Virus record (IMG/VR): IMGVR_UViG_3300014656_006066
Span: 1 to 54,889 of that record
Reading direction: 5' to 3' (one strand)
Length of the DNA stretch: 54,889 nt
Source of the DNA: a virus
Lineage: Duplodnaviria > Caudoviricetes
A program made the position numbers and the translations under genes. The notes beneath the pieces are model-generated. The model searched no databases. It worked only from the letters and a program-made list of their open reading frames with translations, and was not told the DNA's origin. Shown here piece after piece: positions 17,115-27,445 of the stretch. Numbering within the stretch: the first letter of the stretch is position 1; every line of letters starts with the position of its first letter.

Positions 17115-17509
17115 CCAACGTCCGCGCGCTGGCAGAAAGAGACCTCGGGCACACCCTCGAAAGGGAAATGGGAATTGCGGTCGCATTGATCGCACCCGAT
17201 GGCCTGAAAATCTCCACGACAAACGACGGCCGCCCCCTCGTAGGCCGAGTGCTCTGGAGCCAGCCGCGGACGAATACCGAATCCGGCGAAGTCGTGATCG
17301 TACCCGATCCCGTAGTAGAGCTTCGACGATCATCGCTCTCTCGCGTTCCCCTGACTGGCGAACACTGGTCAGTCATCATACCGTCCGGCCCAACCGCAGG
17401 CGCTCCGCTCGAGATATATATGCTCGACGCCTCGCGCTCGCTCGAGGGCGGCCGGAACCTCGGGGTTATCAAGCTCCCGCTTCAGCGGGTAAAGCAGGCG
17501 GTACCGTAA
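17111..17509 (+). CDS. head closure/head-tail adaptor
   Basis: Beta-rich 132 aa in neck position. Confidence 0.55.
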   Translation: MTNVRALAERDLGHTLEREMGIAVALIAPDGLKISTTNDGRPLVGRVLWSQPRTNTESGEVVIVPDPVVELRRSSLSRVPLTGEHWSVIIPSGPTAGAPLEIYMLDASRSLEGGRNLGVIKLPLQRVKQAVP

Positions 17510-18144
17510 TGGAATTCGAGAACATCAAGGACGCCCTCGACACTCTCCTCGAAACCAACGCCGCCGGCCGCTTCGCTGTCCTCGGTACCCGTAAACGTAG
17601 CCACGACGCCGAGGTCGTGCATAACCGCGCCCAGGTCACGACGTACTACGCGAACGGTGATTTCCCGAAATCCGGCGGATCATACGGCGGCCCGTTCCAG
17701 CACGACGTCATCTTGAAAATAGAATTCCTCGTATCGGCTGCCGCACGTGCCGATCTCGCAATCCTCAATAATCCCCAGGCAACGGCGCCCCAGCTTACCG
17801 CAGCGCTCGCGGCCTCTACAGACGCAACCGCTGAGGCTGACGCGGCGCTGGACGCCCTGGTATCCACGGTATGGAACATCATCATGAGCCCGGAGAATTC
17901 CAAGCTCGGCTTGTCCTACAACCCCCAGCGTTGGATAACCGGATTCCAGAAAAACGATCCCTCCCCGAAGGGCGCCCTCGTCCTACTGTCGGGCTCGATG
18001 ACCATGATCGCATCCGTCCTGGAATATCCGACTCCTGAAGTCGGCGTCCCGGGCGTCTCCGTAGACACGACCGTGAAACTAACCGCCGACGTATCCGGCG
18101 AAACCCTCGACACCGCCGCGCAAGGCGTAAAGGAAGGTGCATAA
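17509..18144 (+). CDS. tail terminator/neck protein
   Basis: Directly upstream of the sheath gene. Confidence 0.5.
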   Translation: MEFENIKDALDTLLETNAAGRFAVLGTRKRSHDAEVVHNRAQVTTYYANGDFPKSGGSYGGPFQHDVILKIEFLVSAAARADLAILNNPQATAPQLTAALAASTDATAEADAALDALVSTVWNIIMSPENSKLGLSYNPQRWITGFQKNDPSPKGALVLLSGSMTMIASVLEYPTPEVGVPGVSVDTTVKLTADVSGETLDTAAQGVKEGA

Positions 18145-19722
18145 ATGAGCATATCCGCTAATAGTCTCGCCGCGGCCGTCGGTTCCGCCGTCAAGAACGT
18201 CGTGCTGATGCCCGGTAGCGAGATCGTCCAGAGGAAGATCCTCGCCATGGCTACGCCTCTCGCCGATAAGGCCGCGGGCCTGCCCCTAAAAACCCCGGTT
18301 CTCATCATGAGCCCCGAAGACGCGAGGGACCGCGCAGGCGCGGGGTCGGCCGCCGCCCGCATCATAGCCGCCGCGTTCAAGGGATCGAATTACAGCGTCC
18401 CCGTATACGCGTTTTTCCAGGCCGAGCCCGTCGGCGCCGTAGCGGCCGCGGGCCAGATGGTCATAACCGTGTCGACCCCGGGCGCGGGTATCCTGTACCT
18501 CTACGTGGCCGGGAAGCTCTACCAGATCACCGTCGCCGCGACCGACACCCCGACGACCATCGGTGCCGCTGTCGTGGCCGCCCTCGCCGCCGACCCCGAC
18601 TGCCCCGTCACCGCCGTCAACACCACGGGCACGGTCGCGTTCACCGCGAAGTCGAAGGGCTTGTACGGGAACGGTATCACGATCGCGGTCAACCAGTGGC
18701 CGCAGAACGACGAGAAGCTGCCCGCCGGCGTCGGCGTTACCATCACCGCGATGACCGGCGGCGCGGGCGTCCCGGACGTCGCGACCGACATCGCAAACGG
18801 CCTCGGTATCGGCTCCTCGGCGAACGAGGGTTTCTATACCGACGTCGTACACGCGTACGGCCAGGACGCCACGGCCTTGAACGCGATCGCCGATTACGTC
18901 GGGCGCGGGAACGAGTTCATAGGCCTGTACGACAAGCTCGTCCACCGCCCGTTCCGCTCCATGACCGGCGACGTCCGCACAGGATCGGCTGGCCTGACCG
19001 CGCTCATCGCGATGACCGACGGCCGCGTTACCGACCGCGCGAACGGCGTCATCTGCCGCCCCGGAAGCCTGACGAACCCCGCCGAGATCGCCGCCGAAGC
19101 CATGGGCAAGATGGCCAAGGAGAACAATGCTCTCGCCGAGGCAAACTACCTCGACCTCATCCTCGTGGGCGTCGATCCGGGGAACGTGGCGCGCATGGCG
19201 GGCCTCGACTGGACGCAGGAGTACACGAACCGCGATATCGCCGTCAAGGCCGGTATATCCCCGACTGTCGTCGAGGGAGGCAGCGTGAAGATGCAGAACG
19301 TCGTATCGTTCTACCGCCCCGCGAACATCCCGGTCGCCTCGAACGCGTTCCGCTCGATGCGGAATATCTCGATTCATCAGAATTTCCTCTACAACTTCTG
19401 GCTTATGTTCTCGGGTCCGCGGTGGAAGCAGTTCACGGTCGTCAAGAACGTCATGAACGTGACCGTGGCCGCGAGCCGCGCGAACGCCCGCGACATCGAT
19501 TCGGTCAAGGATGACCTCCTCGCGCTCATCAAGAGCTTCATGGCGAACGGTTGGCTGTACGACGACCAGTATTCCATCGACGCGCTCAAGAGCGTCGACG
19601 CGGTTACGGTACGCGCGGGCGGCGACGGTTTCGTGAACCTCGTTCCCTTCATCCTCTCGGGCGAAGGCCTCATCCTCGACACCACGGCGCTCGTCGATAC
19701 GTCGATCGCCATAGTCGCGTAA
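18145..19722 (+). CDS. contractile tail sheath protein (Mu gpL-like)
   Basis: GAGS..AR, FTAKSKGLYGNGI, AMTGGAGVPD, GISP motifs; 525 aa. Confidence 0.88.
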   Translation: MSISANSLAAAVGSAVKNVVLMPGSEIVQRKILAMATPLADKAAGLPLKTPVLIMSPEDARDRAGAGSAAARIIAAAFKGSNYSVPVYAFFQAEPVGAVAAAGQMVITVSTPGAGILYLYVAGKLYQITVAATDTPTTIGAAVVAALAADPDCPVTAVNTTGTVAFTAKSKGLYGNGITIAVNQWPQNDEKLPAGVGVTITAMTGGAGVPDVATDIANGLGIGSSANEGFYTDVVHAYGQDATALNAIADYVGRGNEFIGLYDKLVHRPFRSMTGDVRTGSAGLTALIAMTDGRVTDRANGVICRPGSLTNPAEIAAEAMGKMAKENNALAEANYLDLILVGVDPGNVARMAGLDWTQEYTNRDIAVKAGISPTVVEGGSVKMQNVVSFYRPANIPVASNAFRSMRNISIHQNFLYNFWLMFSGPRWKQFTVVKNVMNVTVAASRANARDIDSVKDDLLALIKSFMANGWLYDDQYSIDALKSVDAVTVRAGGDGFVNLVPFILSGEGLILDTTALVDTSIAIVA

Positions 19723-19737
19723 GGAGAAAAACAGAAT

Positions 19738-19962
19738 ATGGTAAGAGCGAAGTTCAAGGTCGATTCGGTCACGGAATTCCCGGATGTTTCTTCGATTGTA
19801 CTATCCGTCGTGACGGCAGGAGCGGGCGAGGAAAACAAGAAGTTTTTTAAATGGACTCCCGGTGGGAAAATTGAAATGGGGGTTGTTAGCAAGGAAACCG
19901 CCGCACGGTTTAGGCCGGGCAGGGAATATTTCGTCGATTTCACTCCCATAGAGGAGGCGTAA
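19738..19962 (+). CDS. small hypothetical protein
   Basis: TAAGGAG RBS; VRAKFKV...ENKKFFKWTPGG...EYFVDFT. Confidence 0.75.
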   Translation: MVRAKFKVDSVTEFPDVSSIVLSVVTAGAGEENKKFFKWTPGGKIEMGVVSKETAARFRPGREYFVDFTPIEEA

Positions 19963-19965
19963 GCC

Positions 19966-20349
19966 ATGGCACAAGACATAGTCGGAACCCCGAATAAAGT
20001 CGGGATCGGCGGCTTCCAGTATCGCGTCGCGGCCGACGCCGATTTCAAGCACGGGAAGCCCGCATACAAGAACGAGGGCGAAGAGACTACGGGCGGCACC
20101 TTCCGCAAGATGACGAAGCAGTCGCAGGAGGTCGAAAGCGTCACCCTCAAGGTCAACGCCGACGAACTCGAGCGCCTGAAGGAAGCCGCCGAATCCAAGA
20201 AGCCGCTCAACCTCTCGTACGAGACGGTCGAGGGCAGCGTATACCGCGGCCAGGGCTTCATCGATTACGACGGACGCCAGACGGCGAGCGGGAAGGTCGA
20301 AGTCAAGATGTTCCCACAGAACGGATGGACGTCGTTTACCGCGAAGTAA
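19966..20349 (+). CDS. tail tube protein
   Basis: 127 aa beta-rich, between sheath and chaperone. Confidence 0.7.
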   Translation: MAQDIVGTPNKVGIGGFQYRVAADADFKHGKPAYKNEGEETTGGTFRKMTKQSQEVESVTLKVNADELERLKEAAESKKPLNLSYETVEGSVYRGQGFIDYDGRQTASGKVEVKMFPQNGWTSFTAK

Positions 20350-20399
20350 CTGTATCGGGGCCGTAGTCCAGCGGCCCTATATTTTCCAGGAGGCACGAA

Positions 20400-20846
20400 A
20401 TGTCCAAGTGGTCCAGCACGACGAAAGAAGTATTCAAGATCAGCGCCGAATCCGCGGAGGCCAGCGTCCGCGAGCTCATCGATTTCTATCGCGTCGACGT
20501 CGACGACATCGAGGACGATACCCAGAAGGCCGGCCTCGAAATGGCCCTCAATCGACTCCAGAAGGCATATCGCCGTGGCGAGCTAGAAAACAAGCGCTCG
20601 ACGGAAGGGTTCCACGTCATTCAGAAGCTCGTTGCCCCTCCCGGAGAGGTCAAGGAAATTGAGTACGCCGAGCTTTACGGCGCTCTCAAGCTCCAGATGG
20701 ACGGCCTCGACCCCAAGGCGCCGACCGCCCGCCAGCACGCGCTTCTAGGGGCGCTCTCCGGCCTCGGCCCGACCGCTATCGGCGCGTTGAATGCCGTCGA
20801 CCTCTCCACGGCGGAGTGCCTGGCGTACGTTTTTTTCATGGCGTAG
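20400..20846 (+). CDS. tail assembly chaperone (gpG-like)
   Basis: Upstream of tape measure; ends at a slippery site. Confidence 0.7.
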   Translation: MSKWSSTTKEVFKISAESAEASVRELIDFYRVDVDDIEDDTQKAGLEMALNRLQKAYRRGELENKRSTEGFHVIQKLVAPPGEVKEIEYAELYGALKLQMDGLDPKAPTARQHALLGALSGLGPTAIGALNAVDLSTAECLAYVFFMA

Positions 20847-20998
20847 GGGTGATGGACCAGATGCTCGGGAACCTGTTTTCGAGGGGACAACAGATAGATG
20901 TTCTCGAGCAAAAATCTTTCCATCAACTAGCGTACTGGAACGAATGGCACGTCATCATGGCCAAAGCAGAGACCCCGAAGCTCCCGCCTAGCTCATAG
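20831..20998 (+). other. -1 programmed frameshift (T TTT TTC) producing a gpGT-like extension
   Basis: Heptamer 20831-20837 in XXXYYYZ phase; -1 frame open to 20998. Confidence 0.75.
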
Positions 20999-21009
20999 AA
21001 AGGAACCCG

Positions 21010-22653
21010 ATGCCCGAGTTCGCCGTCCCGACATACTTCACGGTCGTCGATCGCCTCACGCCCTTCTTTTCCAAGGGCGAGGTCGCGGCGTCGAAGTTCG
21101 AGACGATGGTCAAAGGCGCGTTCGCCCGCACGGGGCACCAGGCGTCTATGTTCAGATCGATTCTCGGCGGCGTCACGTTCGGGAATCTGGCGGCGGGCGC
21201 GATCCGGCGCGCAGGATCAGAAATAAATGAGCTCTTTCAATCTTCGGTTGCTGCAGCCTCCGGGATTGCCGCTCTGAAAACAGCGTATTCCTCGGTCTTC
21301 GGCACCTCCGCTGGCGTTGAAATGGCCTTCGCTCGCAACGAAGCGAACCGCCTCGGAATGGCGATCGATCAAACCGCCCAGTCATACATGAGCATCGCCG
21401 CTGCCGCAAAGGGGACATCGATAGCCGGGGCGACGGTTCAAGAGATTTTTATGGGCGTATCGGAAGCCGCGACCGCCCTCAAGATTCCGAGCGAACAGGC
21501 CTCCGGTGCCCTCCTGGCAATCTCGCAGATGATATCCAAGGGCAAGGTTAGTGCCGAAGAGCTCCGCGGTCAGCTTGGTGAGCGCCTTCCCGGAGCATTC
21601 CAGATTGCGGCCCGCGCTATGGATTTGACTACAGGTGAACTCGACAAGATGATGTCAAAAGGGCTCCTCACTGCGGATGTGTTTCTGCCTCGCTTCGCAT
21701 CCCAAATGCGGAAAGAATTTGGCGTAGGTGCTGCAGCCGCCGCTCAAGATTTCGGGGCGATTCAACAGCGATTCGAGAACGTGCAGTTATCATTTCGCCA
21801 AGGCATCGGCCAAACCATCCTTCCCCTGCTTACGAGGCTGTACGGGGCCGCGACGCCGATTATCGACAAGATGTCTGCATGGGTCGCCGCGAATCAAGAT
21901 TTGATCGCCACCCGGATAGACACCTTCTTCGACCGCGCCGGCCAATTCCTAACCGCGATCAAGCCCGGCCTTCAGTTCGTACTATGGGCCGTCCAGAACC
22001 TCGCCGGTCCTGTCCTGGCGGGAGTCGCCGCCTTCACGGTCTTGAAATACGGGCTCCTGGCCGCCGCGGCCGCCGGGAAGATATTTGGCCTCGTGAATAC
22101 GATCCTGTTCGCCTACCAGGCTTACGCCGGCGGGGCCGCGACCGCGCAGGAGGCCCTTAACCTGGTCATGGCCGCGAATCCCGTCGGCCTCATCGTAGCC
22201 GGGATATCGATCCTCGTCGGCCTGTTCGTCCTCCTCGCCTCGAAGGTAGGCGGCGTCGGCCCCGCGTTTACCGTCCTCGGGCAAACGCTCATGAAGGGGC
22301 TCCTGGCCCCCGTGAATCTCATCATCGACGGGCTTCAATTCCTGTTCGGGCTCCTGTCGAAAATCCCCGGCCTCGGCGGCCTCGCGGACATCAAAGCCGG
22401 CATCCAATCCTTCCAGGATTCTATGAACGCAGCGCTCACGGGATCCGAAGGCGCATACAATTTCGCCCAGCCGTACAAGGACGCCCGCGACAAATCGCTC
22501 GGCCGCGAAGCCCCGAACCAAGCGCAGGTCGACCGCCAGGAAACCTCTGTCAGCGGCCGAATCGACGTGTACGGGCCGCCGCAGACCCGCGTCTCCTCGC
22601 CGCAAGGGAACACGCAGTCGATCCGCCTCGCGTACATGGGGGCCAATCCATGA
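21010..22653 (+). CDS. tape measure protein
   Basis: AISQMISKGKVSAEELRGQLGERLPGA, ANPVG and hydrophobic segments. Confidence 0.9.
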   Translation: MPEFAVPTYFTVVDRLTPFFSKGEVAASKFETMVKGAFARTGHQASMFRSILGGVTFGNLAAGAIRRAGSEINELFQSSVAAASGIAALKTAYSSVFGTSAGVEMAFARNEANRLGMAIDQTAQSYMSIAAAAKGTSIAGATVQEIFMGVSEAATALKIPSEQASGALLAISQMISKGKVSAEELRGQLGERLPGAFQIAARAMDLTTGELDKMMSKGLLTADVFLPRFASQMRKEFGVGAAAAAQDFGAIQQRFENVQLSFRQGIGQTILPLLTRLYGAATPIIDKMSAWVAANQDLIATRIDTFFDRAGQFLTAIKPGLQFVLWAVQNLAGPVLAGVAAFTVLKYGLLAAAAAGKIFGLVNTILFAYQAYAGGAATAQEALNLVMAANPVGLIVAGISILVGLFVLLASKVGGVGPAFTVLGQTLMKGLLAPVNLIIDGLQFLFGLLSKIPGLGGLADIKAGIQSFQDSMNAALTGSEGAYNFAQPYKDARDKSLGREAPNQAQVDRQETSVSGRIDVYGPPQTRVSSPQGNTQSIRLAYMGANP

Positions 22654-23906
22654 GCGACTGGCAGGATCGCGTCCGTCCGTATATAAAGCTCACGTCTCCG
22701 AAAGGCCAGGTATTCAAGCCCGGCTGGAAGGGCGACGAGATCACGGTCGCGAAGCGAGTAGGGCGCCATGCGTACCCCGGCGTCGACAAGGAAGTCGCGC
22801 AGGACATGGGCCTCGACTCCGACGGGTACCCGCTCACGTTGTTATTCGAGGGCCCCGATAACGACCTCGAGTCCAAGCGGTTCCTAAAAGCATGGGCTGA
22901 GCGCGGGGTATGGACGATCGTTCACCCCGTCGACGGGACGCTCTACCTCCAGCCCCTGACCGCGACTCGCGCCAATCAGCCGATACGCTCGGGGAACCTG
23001 ACAACCGTTACCTCGAACTGGATGGAGCCGCTACCCGATTCGGCCGTCGCCTCGAGCGCCGATTCTGCAAGCGACGTGGACGCCGCGGCCGCCTCCGTAT
23101 CCGATGCCTCGGCCGGAGCTCTTGCCGCGTCCATCGTGCAGGATACCGTATCCGAGACCGCCGCGATCAAGGCCGCGTCTGAATCGAGTCTCGCGAAGAT
23201 CAAGAAGGCGGTCGCCGCCGGAAGCGCCCGTATCAATGCGATCCAAGCGCAGATACAAGAGACGATATCCGAGACGCCGATGGACGTCCTGTCGCTCGCC
23301 GGTGAAGTTACCCAACTCATGCAGTCACCTGGGCTCATAGCCGGCGCCGTAGAGGCCCGGGTACAGGCGCTCGTCGGCCTCGGGCGCCAGATCCTCGCCG
23401 ACCTCCCGGCTGCACTCTCGTTCGGGTTCCAGGACCGCAACGCCGCTGAAACCGTCGCGTGTTTCGCGAATGCTGTGACGGTCGCCATAGCCAGTACGAT
23501 TACAAGCGAGCTCCCCGATACCCGTTCGCAAGCCCTGTCGATGCTGTCCGCATTCCGCTCATACGAGTCCGATGTCGTTGCGGCTCTCGACGGGCTCGCC
23601 GCAGAGTCATCGGAAACGTCAATCGACCGCCAGTTTTTCGGTCATGGCGGCGCTGTAACCGACGCCCTGGCCGCCCTGAGAGCATCGGTATCCGCGTATC
23701 TCCTGTCGATCCTGTTCGACCTCAAGACCGAGCGCCGGTTCACCCTCGAGCGCCCCCGCGCCACGTTTGAAATCGCGATTACTGAATACCCGGCGACTGC
23801 CGAGACAGCGGATTATTTCTACGATCTTTTCTGTCGCTCGAATAAGCTAATCGGCCGCCAAGTCCTCTTGCTCCCCGCAGGTTGGGAGGTGGTAGTTTAT
23901 GTCTAG
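22650..23906 (+). CDS. Mu gpN-like DNA circularisation/tail protein
   Basis: HAYPGVD...QDMG...HPVDG N-terminal motif. Confidence 0.8.
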   Translation: MSDWQDRVRPYIKLTSPKGQVFKPGWKGDEITVAKRVGRHAYPGVDKEVAQDMGLDSDGYPLTLLFEGPDNDLESKRFLKAWAERGVWTIVHPVDGTLYLQPLTATRANQPIRSGNLTTVTSNWMEPLPDSAVASSADSASDVDAAAASVSDASAGALAASIVQDTVSETAAIKAASESSLAKIKKAVAAGSARINAIQAQIQETISETPMDVLSLAGEVTQLMQSPGLIAGAVEARVQALVGLGRQILADLPAALSFGFQDRNAAETVACFANAVTVAIASTITSELPDTRSQALSMLSAFRSYESDVVAALDGLAAESSETSIDRQFFGHGGAVTDALAALRASVSAYLLSILFDLKTERRFTLERPRATFEIAITEYPATAETADYFYDLFCRSNKLIGRQVLLLPAGWEVVVYV

Positions 23907-25152
23907 CCTCCCGATCCAGGGCAAGCAGTACATCATCCAACCCGGAGACACGCTCCAAAAAATAGCCGTGCGCGCGTATGGCGATGCGATGAAATGGTCG
24001 AAGATTCACCGCGCGAACCCCTCGATCAAATCCGCCGATTTAATCCGAATCGGGGATATCCTCTATATCCCGCCCGAGGAGGAAATCGCTGCCGCCAAGG
24101 AGACCGCCAAGGCCTCCCGGTTCTCAGGGCGCGAAAAGGGTACATTTACCCTCGTCATCGACGGGCACGAAATCCCGGTCAAGAATGGCCGCTTCAAGTG
24201 CGGTATGGACCTCCTCTGTTCTTCCTGGGTCGCGGATATCGCATGGACACCCGGGGCCGACTCGTGGCTCGACGCGCGAATCCGTCCGTACTCGTATGCT
24301 CCGTCCGAGCTCTACCTCGGCTCGACCCTCGTCGGTACCGGGAAGCTTTACGGCGTCGCCCCGAAACGTACGAAAGACAGCCGCACCAAGTCCCTCGAGT
24401 TCTTTTCCTCGACCGCCGATCTCGTCGACTCGACCATGCGCCCGCCGTATGAATTCTCAGGCGTCACCCTGAAGCAGATCGCCGCCGACCTCTGCGGCGA
24501 CCTCGGCTATCAGCTCGTATTCGATATCCCGGCCGGCCCCAAGTTCGATACCGTGACCGCGAAAAAAACCGAGACCGTAGGCGCGTTCCTCCAGCGCCTC
24601 GCGACGCAACGCGGGACGCTCTGCGCCTGCGACGAGCGGTCGCGTGTCGTCTTCATCCGCTCGATCACGACCGGGAAGCCTGTCGCCACCCTCGACGAGG
24701 ATGCGCCCCCGATCACCGAATGGTCCGCCCGGTTCGACGGTCGCGAACGGTTCAACGTCTACCGCGCCGTCGGGCAGTCCGGCGACGGTGAGGATATAGA
24801 AGCGACGGCCAAGGACCCCGCCGTTCCCGGAACTCGCCAGCTTACGTTCTCGCATTCCGACTCTGACGCGGGCTCGATCAATACCGGCGCAGAATGGAAG
24901 CGCTCGAAGGCCATAGCCGACGCGCTTACGATCCCGTTCCCTGTCTCGGACTGGTACGACCCCTCGGGAAACCTCTGGCGTGCGAACACCCTCGTTACGA
25001 TCAAGGCGCCTTCGATTGACGCCCCGAAGCCGTTCGACTTCCTCATCCGAAGCCCCGAATTCATCTTCGCCCCTGAAGGCCGCCAGGCGATTCTGGGCGT
25101 GGTCCCGCCTGGCGCTCTCGCAGGTGGAGACGTGAAGGAGCCCTGGTTATGA
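23899..25152 (+). CDS. LysM + baseplate hub (Mu gpP/gp44-like)
   Basis: YIIQPGDTLQKIA...ANP...LIRIG LysM; ADLVDS, GNLWRAN. Confidence 0.82.
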   Translation: MSSLPIQGKQYIIQPGDTLQKIAVRAYGDAMKWSKIHRANPSIKSADLIRIGDILYIPPEEEIAAAKETAKASRFSGREKGTFTLVIDGHEIPVKNGRFKCGMDLLCSSWVADIAWTPGADSWLDARIRPYSYAPSELYLGSTLVGTGKLYGVAPKRTKDSRTKSLEFFSSTADLVDSTMRPPYEFSGVTLKQIAADLCGDLGYQLVFDIPAGPKFDTVTAKKTETVGAFLQRLATQRGTLCACDERSRVVFIRSITTGKPVATLDEDAPPITEWSARFDGRERFNVYRAVGQSGDGEDIEATAKDPAVPGTRQLTFSHSDSDAGSINTGAEWKRSKAIADALTIPFPVSDWYDPSGNLWRANTLVTIKAPSIDAPKPFDFLIRSPEFIFAPEGRQAILGVVPPGALAGGDVKEPWL

Positions 25153-25655
25153 TCGGCCGTGTAACCTCCGACCCGTGGGTCTCGCGTGTGAAAAATGGCG
25201 AAGGCCACGCGCTCATGCTCCAGGTCCAGTTCTCCGGCGGCGCGGACGTGCGCACCGTTCAGTATATGCCGCAGGCCGGCGAGGATACCGTGCCGGTACG
25301 CGGTACTCGCGTTGCGGTCGTCGATGTCGGCGGGCTCCTCGTCGCCGTGGCTTCTCAGGACGGCATCAAGAGCACCGGGAAGATGGGCGAGAAGGAGTTA
25401 TACTCGCATAACTCGGCCGGCCAGAAGCTCGCGAGTCTCAGGCTCAAGGACAACGGGCACGCGTGGCTCGGGAATAGGCCGAGCGGGAAAAACCTTAGAA
25501 CGGTACTCCAGAATCTGATTACTGGGATTCAAGGGGCGACCTATATACCATACCCTGGCGGCGTGGCTGGGCCGCCGGTCCCCATAGTCGACACGACAGG
25601 GAAGATCGCTACGGCACTAACCGACCTTGCGTCGGTATTGGATGACACGCCATGA
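25149..25655 (+). CDS. baseplate spike (Mu gp45-like)
   Basis: GEDTVP, GEKELYS; position. Confidence 0.65.
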   Translation: MIGRVTSDPWVSRVKNGEGHALMLQVQFSGGADVRTVQYMPQAGEDTVPVRGTRVAVVDVGGLLVAVASQDGIKSTGKMGEKELYSHNSAGQKLASLRLKDNGHAWLGNRPSGKNLRTVLQNLITGIQGATYIPYPGGVAGPPVPIVDTTGKIATALTDLASVLDDTP

Positions 25656-25765
25656 GGCTTGAAATAAACGGACTCGGCGCGATTCTTCTTGCCGCCGCGA
25701 TGATGTTCGACCTTATCGTTAATATCATTTATGCCGTGGTGTGGATAATCGGAAGGATCCGCTGA
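25652..25765 (+). CDS. 37-aa single-TM peptide
   Basis: MRLEINGLGAILLAAAMMFDLIVNIIYAVVWIIGRIR; ATGA and TGATG overlaps. Confidence 0.5.
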   Translation: MRLEINGLGAILLAAAMMFDLIVNIIYAVVWIIGRIR

Positions 25766-26199
25766 TGACCAAGCCCACCGACCGCTATTCCGGCGACCCC
25801 CGGCTCGTCCTCACGGCCAACGGCGCCGACCTCGATTACCGTGGCGGCCAGCCGGTCATGGATCAAGGCATTGAAAACTGCATTCTCTTGTCCCTGTTCG
25901 TTCGAGAGGGTTGGGCTGGGAATGTGTTCCTCCCGCCCGAGCGCCGCCTGGGCTCGGATTACGAGAAGACGTGCCGAGGGACGATCACCCTGTCGAAACT
26001 CGTCGACGTGGAGAATTCAGCCGAGCGTGCGCTCTCCTCGAAAGTATTCGGGACGGTAAAAGCCTCGGCCTCGAACCCGACCGCCGACCACTTGGCTGTC
26101 GAGATAAAAATAGGCTCCGGCGGCGTCCTGAGCCTCACCCGCGAGCGCGCGCTATGGGTCGCGCAGATCAATGACCCGGCATCAAGGAGGCTTGCATGA
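25765..26199 (+). CDS. baseplate protein (Mu gp46-like)
   Basis: IENCILLSLF..GWAGN..LGS. Confidence 0.78.
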   Translation: MTKPTDRYSGDPRLVLTANGADLDYRGGQPVMDQGIENCILLSLFVREGWAGNVFLPPERRLGSDYEKTCRGTITLSKLVDVENSAERALSSKVFGTVKASASNPTADHLAVEIKIGSGGVLSLTRERALWVAQINDPASRRLA

Positions 26200-26248
26200 C
26201 GACCAGAAGAACCGAGGCCGAAATGATGTCCAGAACCGAGGCCCCCGT

Positions 26249-27445
26249 ATGAGCTACACCGTCCCTTCGACCGCGGCCCTCGTCGCGCGGAACCAAGCTG
26301 CGCTCGAATCCCGCCTCAATCAGACAACTCCGCCCGCGGACAAGGCGTTCAATACAGTGCTCGCGACCATGGAAGGCATGGCGGCGAAGGCTCTCTATAA
26401 GTTCGCCGAGGACCGCATCCTCGCAAGCTCTGCGCTGACCGCCCGCGGCCCGGACCTGGACGCAATCGGCCTCGAATACGAGTGCTACCGCGCCCCTGCC
26501 GTCGCCTGTGTCGCCGTGGCATCGCTAGCCGCCGATGACGGAACCATCCTCGGCGTCAATTCGATATTCGTCGGCGATAACGGCCTTCAGTACCGAGTTC
26601 AGGCCAGCGTAACCGCGCCCTCGGGCGCCCCCGGCTCCGGCGTCGTCCTGTCCCTGGCCTGCGTCGAGGAAGGCACGGCCGGGAACCTGAGCCTCGGCGA
26701 CACGCTCACAATCCAAACCCCAGTCGCCGGTGCGGGCCGAGTCGCTACCGTTTCGAGCGTCGCGACCATAGGCACCGAGGCCGAGGGCGACGAAGGGTAT
26801 CGTATCCGCGTTCTCGACATCGAACGCGCCGACGGCGGCGGCGGGAACCCTTCAGATCATCGAACCTGGGCGCAGTCCGTCCCCGGCGTCAAGCGCGCGT
26901 ATCCCCTCAACGGCCCATATGTCGGTTCGGGGCTCACCCCGACGCCAGCAATGCGTACAATATACGTAGAGGCGGCAGAATCAGTAGACCCCGACGGTAT
27001 CGCGCCGGCGGGCCTCCTCGATCAGGTCCGGGACGCGATTCTAACGGATACCGAGACTGGTATCGCACGGCAGATACTCGGATTTACTGGCGATTATCTC
27101 TATATCCGACCGATCATCCGCACGCCGATATACGTCAAGATCGTCGGGCTCACTGTGAAGACGGGAACCATGGCCGCGGCGCAATCGGATATTGAAAACG
27201 CGCTTTCGACGGTGCTCCGGCTTTTCTCGGCGTTCGTGCAGGGGCTCGACCCGGATTTCGATCGCATGGATGAAGTCACGTCGTCGGTCCTCCAGAGCGA
27301 GGCCCAGAGTGTTATTCGGGGCTATGGCGGAACTATTCAGAACATTCTGTTCGGACTCACTGTAGGCACGTATCTCGGGAAGTACCCCGTGGCGGCGAAT
27401 GAAAAACTGAAGCTCGGCGGCATCGTATGGGAGGCCGTGACGTGA
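26249..27445 (+). CDS. baseplate J / Mu gp47-like protein
   Basis: GTAGN, E.DEGYRIRV...GG..SD..WA..VPGVKRA. Confidence 0.88.
   Translation: MSYTVPSTAALVARNQAALESRLNQTTPPADKAFNTVLATMEGMAAKALYKFAEDRILASSALTARGPDLDAIGLEYECYRAPAVACVAVASLAADDGTILGVNSIFVGDNGLQYRVQASVTAPSGAPGSGVVLSLACVEEGTAGNLSLGDTLTIQTPVAGAGRVATVSSVATIGTEAEGDEGYRIRVLDIERADGGGGNPSDHRTWAQSVPGVKRAYPLNGPYVGSGLTPTPAMRTIYVEAAESVDPDGIAPAGLLDQVRDAILTDTETGIARQILGFTGDYLYIRPIIRTPIYVKIVGLTVKTGTMAAAQSDIENALSTVLRLFSAFVQGLDPDFDRMDEVTSSVLQSEAQSVIRGYGGTIQNILFGLTVGTYLGKYPVAANEKLKLGGIVWEAVT

Noticed and set aside
16296-19377. Long antisense ORFs (16296-17333, 18286-19377; likewise 12871-13803, 34190-35329)
   Set aside because: Shadows of high-GC genes on the other strand, with no RBS or motifs
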